From Octopus vulgaris (lineage: Eukaryota), in assembly GCA_951406725.2 (NCBI GenBank), contig OX597825.1, forward strand, positions 67,580,001 to 67,644,000: DNA of 64,000 nucleotides, in the 5' to 3' direction. The position numbers and the translations under genes are program-made. Shown in pieces: positions 54,643 through 64,000 of this stretch (positions are counted from its first letter, which is position 1; the number at the start of each line of letters is the position of its first letter). A model generated the notes under the pieces. It saw only the letters and a list, made by a program, of their open reading frames with translations. It was not told the origin of the DNA and did not search any database.

Positions 54643-55550
54643 TTTTATATATATAATTATATTATGTGAAATTTAATTTAGTATTTCTAAATTGAATTTT
54701 TTCCTTTTAAGTTTGGATTTTATTCCCTCAAATAATAATAATTATTATTATTATATATATATATATATATATATATATTACCTAGCATTTATTTTAATTC
54801 AGTGTCATCTGCATATGAAATTACTAATGGCGAGTCTGTATTAATAACTGATAACCATCTTGCCTGAAATCCTGGCTATGCCTATCATATGCAACCTGGC
54901 AATGAATTTGCACTTCTGTGAAGCATTATCAAATATCTGACACGTTTATTTACAATTTAAAATTCTGAACGTAAACAGTGGCTTCATATCAATACAAGAA
55001 AAATTTTAAATCTATGTAAATTAATTGATAATTATACATAGATAACTAATTAATAATTATATCAGGAAACCAACATTATCTACTATTAATTATTAATTAA
55101 TTATCTATGACAATCTGCTGTATAATTATTTACCTCAGTATAATATATTATTTAGATTTAATATCAGTTACATTTGCTTTCCATGTATTAATTTCTGTTT
55201 ACGTAAAACTGGAAGCACTGCTTGATTCGTGGTGTGTTTAGATACAAAACACCAGCATTATGCTAATGTATTTTCATATATAAAATACATATAGATATAC
55301 ACACACCTATACAGGTATACATGTAGACCAGCACATATGTATCAGCATTTATATACACATACAGCCTACACGCATGTATGCATGCATAGTATATATGCAG
55401 ACGCACACATAAATATGTGCGTATATATGTACATCTGCATATGTATATGGACATATATATATATATATATGTGTGTATATTGTATATATGAATATATTAT
55501 GTAATTATGTATGCTATATACTATAAATATAAACCCGCAAACATATCCCT

Positions 55551-55923
55551 TTACTCTTTTACTCTTTTACTTGTTTCAGTCATTTGACTGCGGCCATGCT
55601 GGAGCACCGCCTTTAGTCGAGCAACTCGACCCCAGGACTTATTCATTGTAAGCCTAGTACTTATACTATCGAGCTCCTTTTACCGAACTGCTGTCAAGCG
55701 ATGTTGGGGCGACAAACACAGACACACAAACATATATACACACGCATACATATATACATATATACGACAGGCTTCTTTCAGTTTCCGTCTACCAAATCCA
55801 CTCACAAGGCTTTGGTCGGCCCGAGGCTAAAGTAGAAGGCACTTGCCCAAGGTGCCACGCAGTGGGACTAAACCCGGAACCATGTGGCTCGTAAGCAAGC
55901 AACTTACCACACAGCCACTCCTA
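55551..55923 (-). mobile_element. SINE family A
   Basis: Consensus-like. Confidence 0.9.
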
Positions 55924-55948
55924 CGAATATATATATATTTGTATATAT

Positions 55949-56016
<68 letters not shown>

Positions 56017-56100
56017 ATTCGAGACAAAAGCACTATTTTAAAACCAAACAAGGAAAGACTTAATCAATACATAAAATTTTAATATAAATTAAATAAACCG

Positions 56101-56143
56101 CCACTACAAATGTTTCATGTCTGCTCCGACAATCTTCAGGTGG
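56101..56143 (-). ncRNA. Minimal type I hammerhead ribozyme
   Basis: Minus ccac-CTGAAGA-t tgtc ggagca gaca t-GAA-ACatttGT-A-gtgg. Confidence 0.75.
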
Positions 56144-56227
56144 ATTTTCGATCTTCTAATCAGTATCAAATTTTGAAGTATATATATATACATACATATA
56201 TTTTTTTCTCCTTGTTTTTTCTGTGTC

Positions 56228-56265
56228 TCTTTCTGTAGAAGAGCGTAGGCTCGAAACGTAAAAGA
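56228..56265 (+). ncRNA. CUGUAGA-family HHR-like motif
   Basis: tcttt-CTGTAGA-a-gagc gtag gctc-GAA-ACGT-A-aaaga. Confidence 0.55.
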
Positions 56266-56360
56266 CTTTTTCAATTCCTGAGCGTTATACTAATACATCT
56301 GTTTGTTTTGTATACCACCTACCTTCGTGTTTCGTTTTTTTCCGTAAATTCTCTCTCTCT

Positions 56361-56396
<36 letters not shown>

Positions 56397-56426
56397 ACAC
56401 ACAGATATATATATATATATATATAT

Positions 56427-56475
<49 letters not shown>

Positions 56476-56985
56476 AAGAGAGTGAGACAGTGTTCATCTA
56501 TTACGTTACCCTCGATTGGTAAAGAACTGCAGCATGCTTTGGAATTAGGATTCGAAATCGGAATCAATGTAGCAGTGATGTCGAGGGCGATGGAATTGAA
56601 AGGAATGCAAGATAGATTTTGTGGGTGTATAGTGTGAGAAGAATAGTAGTGGCGATATGTGTGGAAGGTTGAAGATTTTTAGTGAAGAGTGGTAGATAAG
56701 TGGATATTGTTTATGGTGATGGAATTGCAGAGAAAGCTAACAGAAGTATGGAATATGAAAGTTCCATTCTTTTTCCCTGCTGCTTCTCTCGCGTTGCTTC
56801 TCCAACGACTTAATCCGTTTGTCTGACCTTGTTTGTCCCCTCTATGTTTAGAAATAAGAATCGGCGAATATTAAGAGGAGTTTTGTTAGATGCTCCTTAA
56901 CGGAGTGGTAGGATTTCGGAATGTGTTTTACATTAGATTCCACTTGTTCTGCTATTCGATTGTCAAAATACCTAGGTATCTAATG

Positions 56986-57024
<39 letters not shown>

Positions 57025-57114
57025 ATGTGTGTGTGTATGTGTGTGTGTATGTGTGTGTGTGTGTTTCGTGTGTGTGTGTTTGTGCGTGTATATTTGTGTG
57101 TGTATGTGTATGTA

Positions 57115-57264
57115 TTGTGTGGTAAGTAGCTTGCTTGCGAACCACATGGTTCTGGGTTCGGTGCCACTGTGTGGCACCTTGGGCAACTGTTTTCTACTAT
57201 AGCCTCGGACCGACCAAAGCCTCGTGAATGGATTTAGCAGACGGAAACGGAACGAAGCCCGTCG

Positions 57265-57314
<50 letters not shown>

Positions 57315-57537
57315 TGTGTGTGTGAGGGTCTGTGTTTGTGTGTCTGTGTTTGTCCCCCTTAACATCGCTTGACAACCGATGCTGGTGTGTTTACGTACCC
57401 GGTTCGGCAAAAGAGACCGATAGAATAACTACTAGGCTTACAAAGAATAAGTCCTGGGGTCGATTTACTCGACTAAAGGCGGTGTTCAAGCATGGCCACA
57501 GTCAGATGACTGAAACAAGTAAAAGAGTAAAAGAGTA
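57115..57537 (+). mobile_element. SINE family A
   Basis: Consensus-like with (GAGTAAAA)n tail. Confidence 0.9.
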
Positions 57538-57797
57538 ATATACATATATATATATGCATGTATGTATATGTAAATGTATATATATTCATAAACATATATA
57601 TTTACGCTTATATACTTATACATATACATCCATGTATATAATTACATTCATAAGTACATATTTACAAATATATATATGTATGTATGTATGAATGTATGTA
57701 TGTATGTATATATGTGAGTGTGTGTCTGTGTGTGCGAAATCTTTTTTATATATTAATATACAAACGTGGAAATATCAGTATATCTATATATATGTAA

Positions 57798-57878
<81 letters not shown>

Positions 57879-58419
57879 TATGTGGGTATGTGTGGGTATA
57901 CACATATATATGCCTACATATATATGTGTGTGTGTGTGTGTGTGTGTTTAATCCTACTTGAGAGTTAGTCTTATCATCGATGAATTCAATACATTAATTC
58001 GATGGTATTGCTGTCTTCGTATTCCAATAAAAACATTTCTATAAGCATTCTACTTTCATGTCAACTTCACTTTGCTTTATTTTCCATTACCATCCTGTGT
58101 CTCTCCCGTGTGTTTATTTATATATGCCAGAACTTTAAGCTACTTCAATAAAAAGTTGACTCACGCTATTTCCTATGAGTTTTTATATCTTTATTTCCAC
58201 TATCTGTATTTCTGCTATATAAACTTGACCACTTACAATCTATCTGATCTAGAAGTTTTCATATCCCGTTATATACGAACTTACCGCCTGAGTGTATGTG
58301 TTTGTGTGTGTGTGTGAGTGTGTGTGTCTGCATGTGTGTGTATGTGTGTGTATGTGTATATTGTCTGTGTTTGTGAGCTGTGTTATTCTCATATTTAGTA
58401 CATTACTATATCTGTATAG

Positions 58420-58467
<48 letters not shown>

Positions 58468-58623
58468 TCACAATCAAGGAACGGCCATAATAGGCCATTC
58501 ACCCACTAGAAATAACAGCCAAAAGCTTTAACCGCAAAATAACGTCAATTCCGTAAACCAGGAGAAAATAGGCCGCTGGTGGCAAAAGAATTCTACAAAA
58601 TTTTTTTTGCCACCCTATATTGA

Positions 58624-58680
<57 letters not shown>

Positions 58681-59899
58681 TACATATGTATATTTGTATA
58701 AAAATATTCTATGTATGTATATATATATATGTGCAGACACATTCACACACATACATATACATGCATATACATATATATATATATATACGTATATATATTC
58801 ATACACACCCACACATATACATGTATGTGTGTATCTATGTATGCGTTTTAGTGAATATATATAGCGTCCCTTTATGTATGTTGAATACTGAAAGCAAGAA
58901 ATGTTCAATTAAAATTTTCTTGAGTAACCAGAAACGGAATATAAATCCTACTAGTAATTATAACTGTTACTAAATCTAAATAAGAAAGATAGGGAATTAC
59001 AGCTGTTTAATAATAAAATTAAGGCTAAATTATTATGGTTAAGATAAAAGGACAAACCGTTCTTTGCTTAAATTCTTGAATAGATTTTTTTTTAAATAAA
59101 TAAAAATGCATCACATACTGAAAGCACTAGTTATTATTTGTGTAATTGTAAAGTTTCAATCAGGGCACATGTGCTACGGGTTTCGATGCAGTCATCCGTA
59201 AACATAGTTCTTCTCACTGATTCTTGCTGATGTTCACAAGTATAGATTACCTGTTTCGTGGAACAGGCGAAACAGAGATCCTATTTATGCAATGGGTTTG
59301 GTTTCGGGGAAGTTTATTCGGGTTCATATGTTAAATATGAACATTGTTTTTAGGCCGAACATCGTTCCTGTATCAGTGAGAAATTTTGTGTTCAAATTCA
59401 GCTCTTTTTCTCCATACATATCTCGAGGGTATATTTTTATATCGTCAGCAAAGAAGTTGTATGCTACATTAGTTTTTCTTGCTGTTGTAGACTGTGGATA
59501 TATCCAGTAGATTTTCGTACAAGAATGACAGCGAAAATAAACTGAAGCATAGCTAAAAAAAATAAAATAAACTCAAGCATAGACAGACTGTGACCTGGAA
59601 ATATCCCTTTAAAATATTTATAACATAAAACTTCCACTTTCCGTTACGAGTATGAAAACTAGTGACGACGCCTTCGTGAGCCTTTTAATAATATCATTTA
59701 AAGTAGCAAATACTATTGTCAGCTGCAGTGATTTCAGTAGCGAAAGCAATCAAACGCCTTTCTGAACACAAACCGTACTGTTACAAGATTTCTACGGTGT
59801 TTTCTTACAGGATAACTTAAGTTACCAAAATGTATTCGGCGCCTCCTCACACTCCTTTCTTGCAATCTGACAGTTAATCAGTTGCTACGTCGTTAGACT

Positions 59900-61500
59900 C
59901 GTGTTTGAAGGAATTGGCTCAGGCAGTTTTTTGTATAGTATTTAGATAACGCTAAGCCAGGGCCTACAGCTCTCCGCCAAGACAGTGTTTTCGTTCTTGA
60001 CAAGAAGCTGTGCTCATGCTATTGCAATTCGGTTTGGTATACAAATCTGGCTTTCCATGGTGTGTATTTTTTTATAAGTGGCTTTCTAGGAAAGTCAATG
60101 TCTTGTACCAATAGCCAACTGTAAAGTGTCTTTTGACAACTTTCCATTATGTAACTGTCCTAGAGCTTTCGTGAAAACTTCTAAGTTGACCGTATAGGAT
60201 TTACTCTTGGTATTACTACAGTATTCTTGGTTTATTTTGTGTAACCACGTTGCATTCTGATAAAAGCCTTTACTTTCGTTTGAGATCGTAGACCAGAATG
60301 ATTCTAGAGTCTTCTAACGAAAGGTTTCTTTTAACAACGATATTTTTCCCACCCACTTATCTTCCCGCATACATCTCGTAAATAAAAAGTAAATTTTTAT
60401 CTCATAATGGATCGTTGTAGTAATTTTTCCGTTGGGTGTTTTACAGTCTGGGTCTTGAGTCCATGCTTCAGAATTATAAATTTTACCTCGAGATTCAAAA
60501 CTCCGTGCTTTTTAATTAAAATCCCTAGATGTCGCCAGTGTGCAGTAAAATTAGCATGTCATCTACTTCATATAGCTTTTTACTGTCTATTCTGCGACGA
60601 AAATCCTTTATGTTTCCCGCTACTCTCGTTAGCCATTCAGATTGCTTATGATGTAATTTCATTGTAGCTTGTTCTGAGAATATTTCTTATGGGTTCCTTT
60701 AGAGCAACGGCAACTGAATACAGGCAGATTTGATATTACTGATATTGCAATACAAGTGTCAAGCCTTTCTATACAGTTTTCAGGGATATTATCAATAACT
60801 TTTTACCATGAGGAGGGTTATTTTATCTTTATTTGATTTTTTTTCAACTTTTGCCACTTTCATCAAACGATATCTATCATTAACAAGAATACAGTGGAGC
60901 TACGTAAATCATCTACAAATTGCGGTCGTATAATGTTTTCTAAATATATATAAATTCCATTGTCGTTTCTATCGGAGGAGATTACGGAGATACCTAACCG
61001 ATTGAGTTGTGAGGACCACGTCAGTTTGTTTGCATTCTTGGCGGTCTCCTAGTTGTTAGCTGGTAGTCAAGCGTTACAGGAGTCCGATATTTTCATTTGT
61101 ATGTGTAACAGACACCATTTTTCGAGAACAAAAAATGCATATCACTGCAGATATTTAGCTACAAATCGCTTAATTTTGCGTTATATTCGTTTCACTATAT
61201 TTTTATCCACTTAATATAGCCGATAGAATGAGCTCCACAAAAATTTTGCATAGCCCTGTATTACATCTTGGTCTAATTACGAAGACCAGATGAAATGAGA
61301 GGAAAAGTCAAATCTATGATATCCTACAAGTCTACAAATATAGATATCATTATTGGTGGTGCTGTTGTTATCGAATAAAACCATGAACTTTTGAGCAAAA
61401 TATCACGTCGACGAAAATATATTTTATAAAATCCGTTATGAATGACGCGAAGTTGATGAGTAAAATGTGTTTCGTTTACTTGTAAAACAAGAAAAGTGAA
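59900..61500 (+). pseudogene. Possible ancient hAT-like transposase remnant
   Basis: Microsatellite-free, coding-like stretch with KLACHLLHIA resembling the hAT CxxH motif; many stops. Confidence 0.2.
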
Positions 61501-61923
61501 CATTTGCGAACTAAGCTCCTTCAAAACACAATATATTCGACCTTTTACATCTGCATATCTGTACGTACGTATTTGCATCTGCGCCTATCTATCTTCCTCA
61601 TGTATGTATGTATGTATGTATGTATGTATGTATGTATGTATGTATGTGTGTATGTATGCATGCATGCATGCATGTATGTATGTATGTATGTATGTATGTA
61701 TGTATGTATGTATGTATGTATGTATGTATGTATGTATGTATGTATGTATGTATGTATGTATGTATGTATGTATGTATATATATATATATATATACATATA
61801 TACATATATACATATGAATATACATACAACGAAAATTTTAGGAAAGTAGAAATAAGAAATAAGGGGAAATTTTACCAGTGAGTGTGTTAAATGGCTCTCC
61901 CCAGAAACAATAGAATATATGTA

Positions 61924-62180
61924 TAGGATCGCGGTTTCGATTCCTAGACCGGGCGTTGTGAGTGTTTATATATATTGAACGAAAACACCTAAAGCTCCAC
62001 GAGACTTCGGCAGGTGGCGATCCCTGCTGTACTCTTTCGCCACAACTTTCTCTCACTCTTTCTTCTGTTGGCCTGCCCGCTTAGCCAGCGGGGTAGCGTC
62101 ATTTGAAGGCTAAAACAATGCGAAACGCATTGTGACCAGCGATTTGTAGCAACATCTGATAGCCTGGTCGGTCACGGTGA
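61924..62180 (+). mobile_element. SINE family D (tail variant 2)
   Basis: 5' half matches the reverse complement of 24370-24510; 3' half matches 5161-5282. Confidence 0.8.
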
Positions 62181-62987
62181 CGGTCAAGGCGACATACGGA
62201 ATGCGTACATACATATACAACGACCCACCGCACACACAGACACACAAACACATGTATACCTATATATACACAGATGGAGATTGTCCAGGAGATGTCAAGC
62301 GAACTCCCAAGTATTGAAGAAGAGGAAGGCATGCGTAAATAAATACATATGTAAATAAACCAAATATACACATATGTACATATGTACCTACGTATATGAA
62401 TCTCTGTTTGTGTGTGTTTGTATAAGAGCATCAGTTTGCAAACTAGTATAATTGTGTTATAATTCGTTTCGTATCATTCAGAAGTTTAATATTTGCAGCT
62501 GCCATCTAATATAATCAGCGATCATAAAAAAATCCATTTATTATTTTCCTCACAACTCTTCGTAGACATCATTCCATTGAACTTTTGTCAACATTCAATA
62601 ATTAATTGGTGTCAGCTTTGAAATGGAATGACATCATACATATACATATATATACGTATATATGTATCTGTGTATGTATGTATGTATGTATGAATGTATG
62701 TATGTATGTATGTATGTATGTATGTATGTATGTATGTATGTATGTATATATGTATGTATGTATATATTTATATGCATATATATATATATACGCATATTTA
62801 TATGTATGTATGTCTATATGTATATATGTACATATACACATACATGTAAACATATAGAAGCATGTATGCGCGTACATAGATAGATGAATGGGTATATTAA
62901 TGTTATAAATATGTACATTAATATGTTATATACAGGTCTATACAAAATATTAATGATATATAGACACACACACACATATATATATAC

Positions 62988-63030
<43 letters not shown>

Positions 63031-63375
63031 AATATATATATATATTCATAAATATATGTATGTATGTATGTACATTATATTATGTTAACTTATTTATCTC
63101 TTTACTAAACTGATAATTACAATAATATACATACATATAACATATTCTTTACATATAAGATATAAAATATAGTAATATATAAAATATACCAGTAATTATT
63201 ATAAAAACATGAATATAAATTGGGAAAATAACTTACAGCTGTTTCAGCCAATAGATAAAAATATCTCATTCTACCTTTATGATATATATATATATATATA
63301 TATATAGGAATTCGGGGTGAGTACTTGATAATTATAAGCACCTGTGTATACCGTTTGGTGGTGTAGGTGGTGGAG

Positions 63376-63871
63376 TAAATTGATCAAAATAAAATAAAAA
63401 CATGATTCAGCGGTACATATGTTTCGGGCCTTTATTAGACAGATTTATAACAATGCATAATGTATGTCTGTGGCCTCTTCAGCGGCACAACAGCTTCCGC
63501 AAGGACAGTGTTACATCAAAAATTCTTGGTTGGGGATGCAAATCCTCTCATCCACGTACGACATAATGCGGCAGCAGCATAGAATTGAAGCGTCCATCTC
63601 TTTCTTCTCTCAATGTAGAATGAGGAAAATTGTCCTCATTCTACATTGAGAGAAGAAAGAGATGGACGCTTCAATTATGCTGCTGCCGCATTATGTCGTA
63701 CGTGGATGAGAGGATTTGCATCAACCAGAATTTTGATGTAACACATGTCCTTGCGGAAGCTGCCTGAAGAGGCCACAGACTACATTATGCATTGTTATAA
63801 ATCTGTCTAATAGGCCCGAAACATATGTACCGCTGAATCCTTCGCATCATGTTTTTATTTTATTTTGATCA

Positions 63872-63876
<5 letters not shown>
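63376..63876. repeat. ~500-bp palindrome (~250-bp arms, 6-nt loop) with an HHR in each arm
   Basis: Centre tgagga-aaattg-tcctca at 63621-63638; HHRs at 63410-63485 (-) and 63760-63833 (+). Confidence 0.92.
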
Positions 63877-63937
<61 letters not shown>

Positions 63938-64000
63938 TATATATAACATGTTATACGCATACGATTACATATCACACGTTATATCCCTAAGTATATATAT

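Noticed and set aside
59168-59210. Minus-strand CGGATGA..GAAACccGTA
   Set aside because: Core and stems too degenerate

Overview
Eukaryotic, AT-rich, microsatellite-dense DNA with no convincing host exon. The SINE/LINE/microsatellite make-up looks like a coleoid cephalopod (Octopus-like) intron or intergenic region; this is an inference. Nearly all ORFs in the track are translated (TA)n/(CA)n/(GATA)n. Real content: a near full-length CR1-group LINE (36030-40180; ORF1 with Myb/SANT-like, polyQ and two CCCH fingers; ORF2 with APE endonuclease and an internally deleted RT); Tx1/L1, RTE, Penelope, mariner, maT and Helitron remnants; and about 25 tRNA-derived SINE copies from four families. Main hidden signal: about 18 type-I minimal hammerhead ribozyme (HHR) motifs on both strands, mostly in short Penelope-like terminal-repeat fragments next to (TA)n. 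Many have palindromic stem III. They include compensatory core variants (C3-G8, U3-A8, G3-C8), an A6U family, very long stem-II insertions, and fold-back palindromes carrying HHRs on both arms. Also seen: a U_UUU_UUA -1 frameshift signature linking LINE ORF1 to an ATG-less ORF2, a 23-codon STPR-like Helitron minisatellite, and breakpoints of a ~5.1-kb inversion. All calls are by eye; coordinates are approximate to a few bases.
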